In this document: positions 16,949-27,889 of the stretch, in pieces
How positions within the stretch are numbered: the first letter of the stretch is position 1
How the letters are laid out: each line of letters begins with the position of its first letter
Source of the DNA: Fibrobacteria bacterium
GTDB lineage: Bacteria > Fibrobacterota > Fibrobacteria > UBA11236
Assembly: GCA_043745805.1 (NCBI GenBank)
Contig: JAYTSD010000047.1
Coordinates: 1-30,589, forward strand
DNA length: 30,589 nt
Direction of reading: 5' to 3'
Position numbers and translations under genes: made by a program
The notes under the pieces: model-generated
Seen by the model: only the letters and a program-made list of their open reading frames with translations
What the model was told of the DNA's origin: nothing
Databases searched by the model: none

Positions 16949-19012
16949 ATGAATAGCACATTAACCTTAGGATATTTAGGTGCTGCATTTGCCTTGCTTT
17001 ATGCTTTTTACAAAAGCCGATGGATTAAAGCACAAGTGGTTACCGATGAAAAATTAATTCGTATTAGTGGTTACGTAGCTAAAGGGGCCATGGCCTTTTT
17101 ATTTCGTGAATATAAAGTTCTTATCCCTTTTGTGGCTGTGGCCGCGTGCTTATTAGGCTTAGGTAACAAAGGTGTATTACGCTTTGAAGGATTAACTTTT
17201 ATTTTGGGCGCGATGTGTTCTGCCTTAGCGGGATTTTTTGGAATGCGCGTAGCGACGCAAGCTAATTCTCGCACCACCACGGCAGCTCGGATAGGATTGA
17301 ATGAGGCCTTACAAGTGGCTTTTGCGGGCGGCAGTGTCATGGGCATGTGTGTGGTTGGTTTGGCGCTGCTCGGCGTGATGTTGGTGCTGACCATTACCAT
17401 CTCCATTTTTGGGCAAGCGGTTCCTAATATTGCCGGACAGGTTTTACCCTTGCTTTCGGGCTTTGCTTTGGGCGCTTCCTGTATCGCTTTATTTGCGCGG
17501 GTGGGAGGCGGTATATTTACTAAGGCGGCAGATGTTGGTGCGGATTTAGTGGGTAAGGTGGAGGCGGGTATTCCCGAAGATGACCCGCGAAACCCAGCCA
17601 CCATTGCGGATAATGTGGGTGATAATGTTGGCGATGTTGCGGGTATGGGCGCTGATCTTTTTGAGTCGTATGTGGCTTCTTTATTAGGCTGTATGATTTT
17701 AGGCATTGCGGCCAATGCTACGGATATAGTAAGAATAAAACTAGTAACGTTGCCGTTACTGCTTTCGGTGTCGGGTGTTTTTGCTTCGATGTTGGGTATG
17801 TACTTTGTGAAATGCAAACCCGGTGGCTCTCCTCAGGCGGCATTAAATAAAGGTACTTTTATTGCGGCGGCTTTGGCGAGCGCCATGGCGATTCCTATTT
17901 GCAAACTCACTTTGGACGGTCAAACTTTTAATAATGGATCAACCGCTAGCGATTTAATTTGGTCTTCGATTTTAGGTGTGGTGACTGGAACTGTGATTGG
18001 CTTAATCACAGAATATTTTACTGGCGTAGGTAAGCCTCCTGTGAATGCCATTGTAAAGGCTTCGGAAACCGGTGCCGCAACTAATATTATTACGGGTATG
18101 GGCGTGGGTATGTTATCCACCATATTGCCTGTGCTCTGCATGTGTGCAGCCATTTTAATTAGTTATCATCTCGCCGGTTTATTTGGAGTGGCCATTGCGG
18201 CTATTGGCATGCAGGTAACCTTGGGGATACAGTTAGCAGTGGATGCTTTTGGTCCGGTGGCCGATAATGCTGGCGGCTTAGCGGAAATGGCAGAATTTCC
18301 TCCCTCGGTGCGACAAAATACCGATAAACTGGATGCGGTGGGTAACACTACGGCAGCCATTGGAAAAGGCTTTGCTATTGGTTCAGCGGCCCTTACCTCC
18401 ATCATTCTCTTTGGGGCTTTTAAAGAAGAAACGGGTATGACTGTGATTGAAATCACGAATCCCAAAGTACTGGTGGGGATTTTATTGGGGGGCACTATTC
18501 CTTATTTATTTTCTTCATTGGCCATGATGGCCGTAGGCCGCGCGGCCTTTGCCATGGTAGAAGAAGTGCGACGACAATTTCGTACCATTCCAGGTTTATT
18601 GGAAGATAAGGCCGAACCGGATTATGAACGTTGCGTGGAAATTAGTACCGCCGCGGCGTTAAAAGAAATGATGTTACCTGGGCTTTTGGCCATTTTAACG
18701 CCGGTTTTAGTGGGTTTTTTAGGCGGCATGGAAATGCTTATGGGTCTTTTGGCGGGAGTGACAACAAGCGGTGTGGCATTGGCTATATTTATGTCTAATA
18801 CAGGTGGGGCTTGGGATAATGCTAAAAAAATGATTGAAAGCGGAATTGGTGGTGGCAAAGGCTCAGATGCGCATAAAGCTTCAGTAGTCGGTGATACCGT
18901 CGGTGATCCTTTTAAAGATACCGCAGGCCCTTCGTTAAATATTTTAATCAAATTAATGGGTGTTATGTGTGTTGTGATTGCACCAATGCTCAAACACTTC
19001 TGGGGTAAATGA
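16949..19012 (+). CDS. hppA: Membrane-bound ion-translocating pyrophosphatase, K+-dependent, probably Na+-pumping
   Basis: [36 protein letters not shown] (Ala marks K+ dependence); Glu in GADLFES as in Na+-PPases. Confidence 0.95.
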   Translation: MNSTLTLGYLGAAFALLYAFYKSRWIKAQVVTDEKLIRISGYVAKGAMAFLFREYKVLIPFVAVAACLLGLGNKGVLRFEGLTFILGAMCSALAGFFGMRVATQANSRTTTAARIGLNEALQVAFAGGSVMGMCVVGLALLGVMLVLTITISIFGQAVPNIAGQVLPLLSGFALGASCIALFARVGGGIFTKAADVGADLVGKVEAGIPEDDPRNPATIADNVGDNVGDVAGMGADLFESYVASLLGCMILGIAANATDIVRIKLVTLPLLLSVSGVFASMLGMYFVKCKPGGSPQAALNKGTFIAAALASAMAIPICKLTLDGQTFNNGSTASDLIWSSILGVVTGTVIGLITEYFTGVGKPPVNAIVKASETGAATNIITGMGVGMLSTILPVLCMCAAILISYHLAGLFGVAIAAIGMQVTLGIQLAVDAFGPVADNAGGLAEMAEFPPSVRQNTDKLDAVGNTTAAIGKGFAIGSAALTSIILFGAFKEETGMTVIEITNPKVLVGILLGGTIPYLFSSLAMMAVGRAAFAMVEEVRRQFRTIPGLLEDKAEPDYERCVEISTAAALKEMMLPGLLAILTPVLVGFLGGMEMLMGLLAGVTTSGVALAIFMSNTGGAWDNAKKMIESGIGGGKGSDAHKASVVGDTVGDPFKDTAGPSLNILIKLMGVMCVVIAPMLKHFWGK

Positions 19013-19797
19013 TGAGTTATCAAAACCGTTTATACCAAATTTTATATCCTAATCAAGCCTTAGTGGCGTCGCAATTATCTCCGGAAGCTTTTGCGCGACA
19101 TTATTTAATTGGATCGATCCGCCATTATAATGGAAAATTGGTATTCGCTGAAATCGATATAAATTTTCGCCATCCGTATTTTGATATCGATGAGTGTTTG
19201 GAAAAAATGGTACCGCATGAAGACGGTTCGCCCAAGCATACGAAATTTATTTGTTCCTATCGCGTGATGGAGCATATGGATTTTGATTTTATTCAAAGCC
19301 TGTATTTAGCAACTTCGGAAGCTCAAATTTTGGAATTGAAACCGCAGATTTATACCCATACCCATGCCGCAGGATTTTTACGCACCTTTGCGGAAATCGC
19401 TCCTTTGTCTATGCTCGTACTGTCTCCTTATGACATGATTGAGTTTGGTAAATTTATCACGGCACCGCATAACCCCAAGGGCGCGCCCAAATTATTTTAT
19501 TCGCAAATTGAATTAAATGTGGAAGAATTTTTAGGTAATTTCGAAAAAAATCCCTTTGCGCAAGCGCCTTTTAATTTTCTGCATCCTTCTAAGTTACGTG
19601 ACGCTATGTTGGAAATGAAAATTAAAAAAGCCAAGAAAACCAAAGGCCTATCGCTTTTTTGCCCACTGGAACAAATATCTTTTAAGAAAATCCGCCATGG
19701 TTTTATGTTTGCTTCGCAAGAGAAAACTCGTTTTTTCCCCATGCCCACATTGCATGATATTGAAACCAGTTATTTCAAATTCTGGCAAGGCATGTAA
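19009..19797 (+). CDS. Soluble hypothetical protein translationally coupled to hppA
   Basis: 262-aa ORF with ATGA overlap on the hppA stop; no TM segment or recognisable motif. Confidence 0.8.
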   Translation: MMSYQNRLYQILYPNQALVASQLSPEAFARHYLIGSIRHYNGKLVFAEIDINFRHPYFDIDECLEKMVPHEDGSPKHTKFICSYRVMEHMDFDFIQSLYLATSEAQILELKPQIYTHTHAAGFLRTFAEIAPLSMLVLSPYDMIEFGKFITAPHNPKGAPKLFYSQIELNVEEFLGNFEKNPFAQAPFNFLHPSKLRDAMLEMKIKKAKKTKGLSLFCPLEQISFKKIRHGFMFASQEKTRFFPMPTLHDIETSYFKFWQGM

Positions 19798-19809
19798 TTT
19801 TATATGCGG

Positions 19810-19843
19810 AACTTCGATCAAATAAAGGTTTGCTCGAAGTTTA
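19810..19843 (+). terminator. Hairpin closing the hppA operon
   Basis: AACTTCGAtCAAA-taaagg-TTTGcTCGAAGTT followed by T. Confidence 0.55.
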
Positions 19844-19978
19844 TAAACTCAGAAAAGTGAAAACAAATACCCTGCATAATTTGCCTACTTGTTAGAAATA
19901 ATCCGGCAATAATTACTCTCTCAATTTGATCATTGACTTATTTCCCGCTATTTTTCGATTTCATTTCAGTACCTCAAA

Positions 19979-19995
19979 TTGGATCGAGAATTGCT
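19979..19995 (+). promoter_or_regulatory. Sigma-54 (-24/-12) promoter of flgB
   Basis: TTGGATCGAGAATTGCT: GG-N10-GC spacing matching TGGCAC-N5-TTGC; SD AGGAG follows. Confidence 0.7.
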
Positions 19996-20021
19996 CTTAG
20001 GAAAAGCAAACAGGAGCGCTT

Positions 20022-20438
20022 ATGAATTCAATACGCGACTATTTATTTGGTGGATACACTCGCCAGTTGCTTTATAAAAGTTTGGATGCCGGAGCGTTGC
20101 GTAGCAAAGCCATTTCCGAAAATTTAGCCAATGTGGACACGCCTGGGTATAAGCGTAAAGAGGTGAATTTTGAAGAACAGTTACAGGACATTTTCAAAAA
20201 AAAGCTGGCCGGAACAACCGATCAGCCTGGACAAATGGATATTAGTTTAGGTGCGGATTTGCAAAAAGTAAAACCGTTTGCTTATGAGCCAGTGGATGAT
20301 AGTCAGCCCAGTGGTGTGAATAATGTGGATGTGGATATGGAAGCGGCCAAGATGGCGGAAAATCAAATTCTTTATAATTTTGGAATTAAGTTCGCCAGTT
20401 TCGACAAAATGAATTCGGCGATATTAGGCCGCGGATAA
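20022..20438 (+). CDS. flgB: Flagellar basal-body rod protein FlgB
   Basis: RSKAISENLANVDTPGYKRKEVNFE, NNVDVDMEAAKMAENQILY. Confidence 0.95.
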   Translation: MNSIRDYLFGGYTRQLLYKSLDAGALRSKAISENLANVDTPGYKRKEVNFEEQLQDIFKKKLAGTTDQPGQMDISLGADLQKVKPFAYEPVDDSQPSGVNNVDVDMEAAKMAENQILYNFGIKFASFDKMNSAILGRG

Positions 20439-20464
20439 AATTTAGACTGAAGGTGAGTTCGAGA

Positions 20465-20977
20465 TTACATATCCCAACGAATGCCTAAAGCAATAGTCAT
20501 ATCGACTACGGTACCCGTCCAGAGACTTAACATAGGCGCTACCTCACTAAACACATCGAAGGGCGCATGCGGAATATAATATTGTAGGCCAATAGGGAAT
20601 CGTAAAGCGCCGCGAGTTTTGTGCGATACCCGATAAGGGCCGAAAAAAAAGCTTTCTCTTTTTCCAAATTCCATGCGAAATCCTGGTCCATAATACAGCA
20701 AAAGTTTGCCCGCATCTTTTCGCAAGGGAAATAATCCGTCGAGTTTAAAAACATAATCGATTTGTGCCACAAAAGGATTTACCACATTGTATTCCAAAGC
20801 ACCTTGAATAGCGGAGTTGGAATCTAAATTTTGCCATACACTTAACCCAGAGGGACTACCTAAAGTTACTCCAATGCCAAAATCATGCGATGCAGCTTGC
20901 AAAGCAGAGGGAATACTCAATAGAAATAATCCTAAGAGAAAAATCTTTGTTTTATTAGATCTCAATTGTTTTTTCAT
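20465..20977 (-). CDS. Small outer-membrane beta-barrel protein (DUF3996-like)
   Basis: Signal peptide; FGIGVTLGSPSGLS, LYYGPG, LRFPIGLQY, PFDVFSEVAP, terminal GIRW. Confidence 0.7.
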   Translation of the reverse strand: MKKQLRSNKTKIFLLGLFLLSIPSALQAASHDFGIGVTLGSPSGLSVWQNLDSNSAIQGALEYNVVNPFVAQIDYVFKLDGLFPLRKDAGKLLLYYGPGFRMEFGKRESFFFGPYRVSHKTRGALRFPIGLQYYIPHAPFDVFSEVAPMLSLWTGTVVDMTIALGIRWDM

Positions 20978-21807
20978 TTCGTGCCTGTTTTGCGTGACAT
21001 CAAGGCCCCACTTAAAAAGTTTAAATCATTTTCGGCATTGTCGAATAAGTCATCGATATTTTCTTTGGCTATGCCTGCGCCGCGGGTAAATTCCAAACAC
21101 CATGAGTCATTATAACCTTGTTCTTTTATTTGGTTAATGGTTTGCAAGGAAATAGGTTTATTTTCATTGAGTCCAGCCCATTGATTTTTAATTTCCGATT
21201 GCACGCCCATTTGACCTACGGTTTCTAAACCATTTAAGCACAATTCTTTTAATTCTGTCGCAGACAATAAAAAAGGACGACAGACAAATTTCATTTTATG
21301 CGGAACGAGTAAACTTTTGAGTGCATTGTAGCTCGCAGCATTGCGGGGCTGTTGGGCGGGGTCAATATCATAAATGACCATTGCATTTTTGGATATGTCC
21401 TTAGCCCAATTATTCATAAGTTGTAAGGCGGAGATTAAATCTGTTTCCGTGGCAGCCGATGCTGCGGAGGAGGAACGTGAAAATTTTAAAACATCCGGTT
21501 CAAAATGATCATAGGCTTCAAATAAAACTTCTTTGATCTTTTTTGATTTCTGAGAATTATCGGTGGGTAAAGTAAAATGCAAAGAGGAAATACGAATATC
21601 TAATTCCAAAGCTTTTTCGCGAATCAAATCCCATTCGGAGCGAGAAGCTAATTGCAAATGATTAAACCAAATTTCTACGCCGATATAACCAGCTTCCGCG
21701 ATATAATTCATCCAGTCGGAAACCAATAGCGTGGGGCCTTTGCCATTGTTACGATTTTTTTCCAATAACAACGTTGAGAGATAAATAGGAGTATGGGATA
21801 TTGCCAT
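20974..21807 (-). CDS. Xylose-isomerase-like TIM barrel protein (sugar phosphate isomerase/epimerase-like, divergent)
   Basis: AEAGYIGVEIW near the N-terminus, GYNDSWCLEF near the C-terminus; 4-nt overlap with the next gene. Confidence 0.6.
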   Translation of the reverse strand: MAISHTPIYLSTLLLEKNRNNGKGPTLLVSDWMNYIAEAGYIGVEIWFNHLQLASRSEWDLIREKALELDIRISSLHFTLPTDNSQKSKKIKEVLFEAYDHFEPDVLKFSRSSSAASAATETDLISALQLMNNWAKDISKNAMVIYDIDPAQQPRNAASYNALKSLLVPHKMKFVCRPFLLSATELKELCLNGLETVGQMGVQSEIKNQWAGLNENKPISLQTINQIKEQGYNDSWCLEFTRGAGIAKENIDDLFDNAENDLNFLSGALMSRKTGTK

Positions 21808-21878
21808 AACAATAAGTTAGTTTTTTTTTCTGGTAGGACTCCATTTTTCTAAATGAAAATTAGAATATGGAATATGCT

Positions 21879-23894
21879 TTAGGTTTTCATTTTTATGCGT
21901 ACAGGTAATATTATAAATGGGATTCCCATATGATAAAGGCGACGCTGTACGGCGAAAACGACATTGTTATGAAATAGGCGTGTTACAAAAGTGTCTTCTG
22001 CAAAAACGAGTTGTCCCATAAAAAAGATGGCTTGAGGAAAACGTTCTAAGATTTCCGGTGCAATTTTTAAACTGCCTGATACTGGATCATGACTTAAGCC
22101 TTGTACATATTCCGCATAATAACCATGTCGACGTATGAATTGCACATATTGTTCTAGGCCCTCTTTAACATGCGCTTCGAGATGTTGCACTTCGTCGGAA
22201 CCTTTAAAATTACCAGCGTCGATAATACCGACCTCTAAGAAAATAAAATTTTTGAATACGCCACCAAAAAGACGGATGATAGCGAATAAAGAATGCAAGC
22301 CTAATCCATTAAAACCATTTACCATGAGAACCGCGGTTTTGGCTTTGGGATCGAATTTGGGTACTTCTTCATTTTCACTTTGAATGAGTGAGAATTTTGC
22401 GCCTTGCGTGGAATTTGCGACTTGCACCAAATTATCCATGCGTTTCAACGCTTTTTTAACACGGTTATAATAACGCTTAATCCAAGTGGATAAAAGAATT
22501 AGGGCTCCAGTTACCAATAAGGTAATCCACCCTCCATCATGAAATTTTAAAATGGTTACGGAGATAAGGATAAAGGTTGATAATCCAAGGCCCAAGCCAT
22601 TTATGGATATTTTTCTTTTCCATGATTTTAATTGCTTGCGCATTTTCCACCAATAGCTCACCATGCCTAATTGGGATAAAACGAAAGTAATAAATACAGT
22701 AATACTATATAGCACTACTAAATATTTTACTGAGCCATGCGTTAGTATCATGGTCCCTAAACTGGCCAGCGTCATGATAATAATACCGTTTTGAGAAACT
22801 AATCGGTCGCTCAATAAAGTGAAGCGGGTAGGAAACCAGCGGTCAATAGCCATATTCGCCAGTACTCGAGGTCCGCCTAAAAAACCAGCTTGTGCAGCCG
22901 CATATAAAATTAAAGCTTCAGAAAATAAAGTAATCCACACAAAACCTTTACCCCAAGGGGATGGCCAGCTTTGCGTAATAGTTTCGAATAAAACCGCATT
23001 TAAAGTTTTACCCGGTACATGATGGACATCAAAAAGTAAATAGGCCAACATTAAACCGAATACGGTAACCGCTAAAGAGACTGCCATATATAACATGGTG
23101 CGCTTGCCGGTACGCACTCTAGGCTCGCGTAAAATAGGCAGACCATTGCTTACCGCTTCAATGCCGGTATAAGTTCCTGCTCCCATGCTATAAGATTTAA
23201 GCATAAGAAAAACCATTCCTAATAAACCTAATTCGCTATGGGTTTTTTGTACGTCAATGGCGGTGTGATGAAAGAGTTCGGGGAAATTTAAAATGTGCGA
23301 ACCAATGGCGTAGACTATTACAAAGGCATGGTTGAGAATAAAAATTAAAAATATAGGAACCAGTGGAACCACGGATTCTTTGGCGCCGCGCAAATTAAGC
23401 AATCCCAATAATATTAATGTGACCACGCTAAATTGCAGTTTATAAATACCCCATTCCACCGGCACAAAACTAAAGAATGCATCCGAAGCACTGGCTACGG
23501 ATATGGTAATGGTAAGCACATAATCAATTAGTAAAGCGCAGCCCGAAATCATACCTAAATAAGGGTTGAGTAATTTACTGGCCACTAAATATCCACCGCC
23601 GCCGGTGGGGAAAAGTTCAATGATTTGGGTGTAACTTGCGCTGATAATAAGTACGGTTAGTGCCGATCCTAAGGCCACCAAAATACTGAGATGCGTATGT
23701 TGACCTAAAGCTAAGAAGGCTTCCTCTGGTCCATAACTGGAAGATGATAATCCATCGGATCCTAAACCCACCCATGCAAAAAATGCAATCAGGGAAAGGC
23801 TGTGAAAAACTTCATTATCTTTAAAGTTTAGAGCTTTACCGATAAATATATTTTTGATTTTTTCGACCAAGGTCGGCTTACGTTCTTTAACCAT
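21879..23894 (-). CDS. APC-superfamily permease, KimA/YdaO-like (possible K+ importer)
   Basis: SDGLSSSSYGPEE, GGGGYLVA, LLIDYVLTITISV, TGIEAVSNG; about 12 TM segments plus a cytoplasmic C-terminal domain. Confidence 0.85.
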   Translation of the reverse strand: MVKERKPTLVEKIKNIFIGKALNFKDNEVFHSLSLIAFFAWVGLGSDGLSSSSYGPEEAFLALGQHTHLSILVALGSALTVLIISASYTQIIELFPTGGGGYLVASKLLNPYLGMISGCALLIDYVLTITISVASASDAFFSFVPVEWGIYKLQFSVVTLILLGLLNLRGAKESVVPLVPIFLIFILNHAFVIVYAIGSHILNFPELFHHTAIDVQKTHSELGLLGMVFLMLKSYSMGAGTYTGIEAVSNGLPILREPRVRTGKRTMLYMAVSLAVTVFGLMLAYLLFDVHHVPGKTLNAVLFETITQSWPSPWGKGFVWITLFSEALILYAAAQAGFLGGPRVLANMAIDRWFPTRFTLLSDRLVSQNGIIIMTLASLGTMILTHGSVKYLVVLYSITVFITFVLSQLGMVSYWWKMRKQLKSWKRKISINGLGLGLSTFILISVTILKFHDGGWITLLVTGALILLSTWIKRYYNRVKKALKRMDNLVQVANSTQGAKFSLIQSENEEVPKFDPKAKTAVLMVNGFNGLGLHSLFAIIRLFGGVFKNFIFLEVGIIDAGNFKGSDEVQHLEAHVKEGLEQYVQFIRRHGYYAEYVQGLSHDPVSGSLKIAPEILERFPQAIFFMGQLVFAEDTFVTRLFHNNVVFAVQRRLYHMGIPFIILPVRIKMKT

Positions 23895-24061
23895 GCGCAC
23901 AAAACTAAGTTTGCTATTGTTATATGGCTACTTTATGTCAGTAAACTTTTGGTAAGACCGCATTTTATTAGAGATTTTTGCTTATCCCTTGAAAAATCAG
24001 GCAACTTTTTGCAAACCTTAAAGTGTATAATGGCAGTTCAATTTGAATCGAGGAGACGTCC

Positions 24062-25399
24062 ATGGCGCGTAATGTTTTAGCCGATGAATTGATGAAATTT
24101 ATTCAGGTGAGTCCCACGGCGTTCCATGCAGTGGCTAGTAGTAGTCAAGTCCTACGTAAATGGGGCGCTCAGGAATTAGTAGAAGGAGAGGCGTGGAATC
24201 TCGAAGCGGGCCGTGCTTATTTTTTGACTCGTCAACAAAGTTCGCTCATAGCATTTCAGCTTCCTGCGACGGCACGAGAGTCGTGTCCCTTTACTATTGC
24301 CGCCGCGCATACCGATAGTCCCGCACTCAAACTCAAGCCACGCAGTGGCGAAACACTGGCTAATTATCAGCAATGGGGCGTGGAAATTTATGGCGGTGTA
24401 TTATTAAACTCTTGGCTAGATAGAGATTTATGTATAGCAGGAAAGCTCTCATGGCATGATGGTTTTCGCATGCATACCACACTTATTCATTTAGAAGAAA
24501 TTAAATTTCGCATTCCGCAATTGGCTATTCATTTAGATCGCAATGTAAATGAAAATGGATTAATTCTAAATCCTCAGCGACATATGCAGCCGGTACTAGG
24601 TTTGTCCGAGGGACAAAATCAAACTTTGCGGCAATTATTATTAGAAAAGGCGCAAACCGCTTTTCCAAGTTTTGGAACACAAGCTGCTTTGGCTTTAGGT
24701 TTGGTTCCCAATGCTTTTGCCGGATTAAGCTTCGATTTATTTTTTGTGGATACGCAACCTCCAAGTTACGGTGGCCTAAATGATGAATTTATTTATGCGC
24801 CGCGTTTGGATAATTTAGCGATGACACATGCCGCTTTAAAAGCCTTTTGCTTAAAGACCTCGCCGGTTTCCACCATTCCGGTTATTGCACTTTTTGATCA
24901 TGAGGAAGTGGGAAGCCAAAGTGTTCAGGGAGCGCATTCCAACTTTTTACCTTCTATCTTGGAGCGCATTACTTTGGCTTTAGGATTCACAAGACAGGAT
25001 TTTCTTGCCAACTTAACCCAATCCTTTATGATTTCCGCTGATATGGCACACGCTTTACATCCTAATTATCCAGAAAAACATGAACCGCAACATTTTCCAC
25101 TTTTAAATCAAGGGCCGGTGCTTAAAGCGAATGCCAATATGCGCTATGCTAGTCAAGGTGAAAGCTCCGCCTATTTTCAAAGCCTATGCCGACGCGCCGA
25201 AGTGCCTCTGCAAAATTTTATTAATCGCGCCGATTTAGCCTGTGGCAGCACGGTGGGACCTGTGCTTGCGGGCAACCTAGGCATTCCTACGGTAGACATT
25301 GGTAACCCTATGCTCTCAATGCATTCCATTAGGGAAATGGCGGGGTCGGTGGATCATGGACTAATGATTAAAGTACTACAAGAGTTTTTGGGACAATAG
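24062..25399 (+). CDS. apeB: M18-family aspartyl aminopeptidase
   Basis: AHTDSP, RLDNL, FDHEEVGS, SADMAHALHPNY, CGSTVGP, MHSIRE. Confidence 0.93.
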   Translation: MARNVLADELMKFIQVSPTAFHAVASSSQVLRKWGAQELVEGEAWNLEAGRAYFLTRQQSSLIAFQLPATARESCPFTIAAAHTDSPALKLKPRSGETLANYQQWGVEIYGGVLLNSWLDRDLCIAGKLSWHDGFRMHTTLIHLEEIKFRIPQLAIHLDRNVNENGLILNPQRHMQPVLGLSEGQNQTLRQLLLEKAQTAFPSFGTQAALALGLVPNAFAGLSFDLFFVDTQPPSYGGLNDEFIYAPRLDNLAMTHAALKAFCLKTSPVSTIPVIALFDHEEVGSQSVQGAHSNFLPSILERITLALGFTRQDFLANLTQSFMISADMAHALHPNYPEKHEPQHFPLLNQGPVLKANANMRYASQGESSAYFQSLCRRAEVPLQNFINRADLACGSTVGPVLAGNLGIPTVDIGNPMLSMHSIREMAGSVDHGLMIKVLQEFLGQ

Positions 25400-25410
25400 C
25401 TTTAAGCTTC

Positions 25411-26871
25411 ATGCTTTTTAATTCCTTAAATTTTTTGGTTTTTTTTCTGGTAGTGACCATGGGGTATTTTGCATTACCACATGCTTGGCGTTGGCTTTGG
25501 TTATTGGTGGCCAGTTGTTATTTCTATATGGCCTTTGTACCGATTTACATACTCATTATTGCTTTTACTATTGTGGCGGACTATTTCGCGGGGCGTGCGA
25601 TTGAAAAGGCGCAAGGTAAAAGCCGCAAACGAATTTTAGGTATTAGTTTAGTCGCTAATATTGGCGTATTAGTTTTTTACAAATATTATAATTTTTTAAA
25701 TGATTCCGTAACTAGTATGTTAACATGGGTACATTTTGAAAACCCCATTCCCGCTTTAAAAATTCTGTTACCTATTGGCTTGTCCTTTCATACCTTTCAA
25801 GCTATGAGTTATACCTTTGAAGTTTATTATGGACGACAAAAAGCTGAAAAACATTTTGGACTGTATGCGCTTTATGTTTTGTTTTATCCGCAAATGGTGG
25901 CCGGCCCAATTGAGCGACCACAAAATCTTTTGGCGCAATTCCGCGAGCAACATTTTTTTGAATACCGTCGTGTTATTGAAGGCTTGCAATTAATGTTTTG
26001 GGGATTATTTAAAAAAGTAGTGATAGCGGATCGATTGGCGATTGCTGTCTCGGCGGTTTTCGATCAGCCGACGTATTATCAGGGCCCATCATTACTTGTG
26101 GGAATTATTTTTTTCAGCTTTCAAATTTATTGCGATTTTTCCGGATACTCGGACATGGCCCGTGGAGCCGCTAAGGTTATGGGTTTCCATCTGATGCAAA
26201 ACTTTAATCGGCCTTATGCCGCAGCCTCTCCTGCTGAGTTTTGGAGGCGATGGCATATTTCTCTTTCGACTTGGTTTAGGGATTATGTGTATATCCCTTT
26301 AGGTGGGAATCGTGGAAAAAAATGGGCGACAAATCTTTTTCTAGTATTTTTGCTAAGTGGGATTTGGCATGGTGCGGCATGGACTTTTGTGTTTTGGGGC
26401 GCATGGCATGGAGTTTATTTAATCAATGCGCGCTTAACCGGACCTTGGCGCAAAAGGTTAGCGATAAACCTTGGTTTAGCAAATTTTCCTAAAATACTTT
26501 TGTCTTTTAAAGTCGGATGCAACTTTATTATAGTGAGTTTAGGTTGGGTATTTTTTCGTGCGCATTCTCTAAAAGACGCCCAATATATTTTCACCCATCT
26601 TATTGTGGATTGGAAAGAATTTGGGTTAAGGCTTATGCATCATCAACCCTGGGACTTACGTTTAAATTTAGCGCCTTGGGAATTGGGCATTGCGGTTATT
26701 GCCTTGATTATGTTGGAATCGGTGCAAAGCTTACATAGCCGTTTAAATTTATTTCTTTGGTTACAAAGACGCCCACTTATTTTTAGATGGAGCTTGTACT
26801 ATGCGGCCATCATTGGCTTTTTGTTTTTTGGACAATTCCATAATCGTCAATTCATATATTTTCAGTTTTAA
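25411..26871 (+). CDS. MBOAT-family O-acyltransferase (AlgI/DltB/PatA-like)
   Basis: MLFNS start, LPIGLSFHTFQ, FWRRWHISLSTWFRDYVYIPLGG, SGIWHGA, terminal FIYFQF. Confidence 0.93.
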   Translation: MLFNSLNFLVFFLVVTMGYFALPHAWRWLWLLVASCYFYMAFVPIYILIIAFTIVADYFAGRAIEKAQGKSRKRILGISLVANIGVLVFYKYYNFLNDSVTSMLTWVHFENPIPALKILLPIGLSFHTFQAMSYTFEVYYGRQKAEKHFGLYALYVLFYPQMVAGPIERPQNLLAQFREQHFFEYRRVIEGLQLMFWGLFKKVVIADRLAIAVSAVFDQPTYYQGPSLLVGIIFFSFQIYCDFSGYSDMARGAAKVMGFHLMQNFNRPYAAASPAEFWRRWHISLSTWFRDYVYIPLGGNRGKKWATNLFLVFLLSGIWHGAAWTFVFWGAWHGVYLINARLTGPWRKRLAINLGLANFPKILLSFKVGCNFIIVSLGWVFFRAHSLKDAQYIFTHLIVDWKEFGLRLMHHQPWDLRLNLAPWELGIAVIALIMLESVQSLHSRLNLFLWLQRRPLIFRWSLYYAAIIGFLFFGQFHNRQFIYFQF

Positions 26872-26890
26872 TTAATCGAAACCGGAAGTA

Positions 26891-27847
26891 ATGCAAAAGT
26901 TTTTTATCAAAACCATTTTATTTCTCATCCCTTTATTCTTGATGACCAAGGCTCTTGAATATGGGATCGATACAGGTTTAAGGCATAGTCATATTGAAAA
27001 TGCTGAAGAATGGAATGCGATTTTCGAAAAGAAAGTTCATGCGAATTTATTAATACAAGGCACTTCAAGAGCATGGCGGCATATTTCCCCTCGGATTATA
27101 GATTCTGTTTTAGGAGTAGAGTCTTTAAATTTGGGAATGGATGGCTATGGTTTCGCCATGCAATATCATCGTTTGCAAATGCTATTGCAAAATAACCCTG
27201 AGCCTAAATATATTATTCAAAGTATTGAATCTTCTGAGTGGCGTAGGCGGAACGATTTATATATGCGGGGTCAATTTATTCCTTTTTTAAATCAACCTTT
27301 AATGCGCGAAGCAGTAAAAGGTTATGAAGGCGAATTTTCATGGTTAGATTATCATGTGCCATTGCTTAAGTATCGTGATGAAAGTGCGCGCGCGCAATTG
27401 GGGTTGTTTTATTATTTAGGTTGGGCAAAAGATTTCAGTTGGCGATACAAAGGTTATGCAGGAATTGAAAAACCATGGGACAGCGCATTTTCGCGATTCA
27501 AAAACTCCTTTCCTCGTGGCATGTCCGACTCAATTGATCAACAAACTAAAAATGATTTCACAAAATTTTTGCAAGACTGTCGAGAGAAAAAAATAGCGGT
27601 CGTTTTGGTTTACACACCGGAGTACATTGAAGGTCAAAGACTACATTTAAATCGAGATAGTATTATTACTCTATTCCACGGTATTGCTAATCAATACGAA
27701 GCCAAGTTTTTGGATTATTCACAGGATACCATTTGCTTACATAAAGAGTACTTTACCAATTCACTGCATCTCAATAAAACCGGATCCGAAATTTTTACGG
27801 TGAAATTGGCTGAGGATTTAAAAACAAAGCTGCATTGGGGTTTATGA
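26891..27847 (+). CDS. Membrane-anchored SGNH/DltD-like periplasmic acyl-transfer partner
   Basis: N-terminal TM; IQGTSRA (nucleophile Ser block), NLGMDG, FTNSLHLN (catalytic His block); follows the MBOAT gene. Confidence 0.75.
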   Translation: MQKFFIKTILFLIPLFLMTKALEYGIDTGLRHSHIENAEEWNAIFEKKVHANLLIQGTSRAWRHISPRIIDSVLGVESLNLGMDGYGFAMQYHRLQMLLQNNPEPKYIIQSIESSEWRRRNDLYMRGQFIPFLNQPLMREAVKGYEGEFSWLDYHVPLLKYRDESARAQLGLFYYLGWAKDFSWRYKGYAGIEKPWDSAFSRFKNSFPRGMSDSIDQQTKNDFTKFLQDCREKKIAVVLVYTPEYIEGQRLHLNRDSIITLFHGIANQYEAKFLDYSQDTICLHKEYFTNSLHLNKTGSEIFTVKLAEDLKTKLHWGL

Positions 27848-27889
27848 TTATTATATTTAATACTCGCTTTGCTCGTAGGATTAAAGGTA

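Noticed and set aside
17071..19023. Several long antisense ORFs (248, 77, 109 and 133 aa)
   Set aside because: Shadow frames of the hydrophobic hppA coding sequence
23901..24061. Possible c-di-AMP (ydaO) riboswitch upstream of the KimA-like gene
   Set aside because: Region is short and AT-rich and lacks the conserved GC-rich ydaO elements
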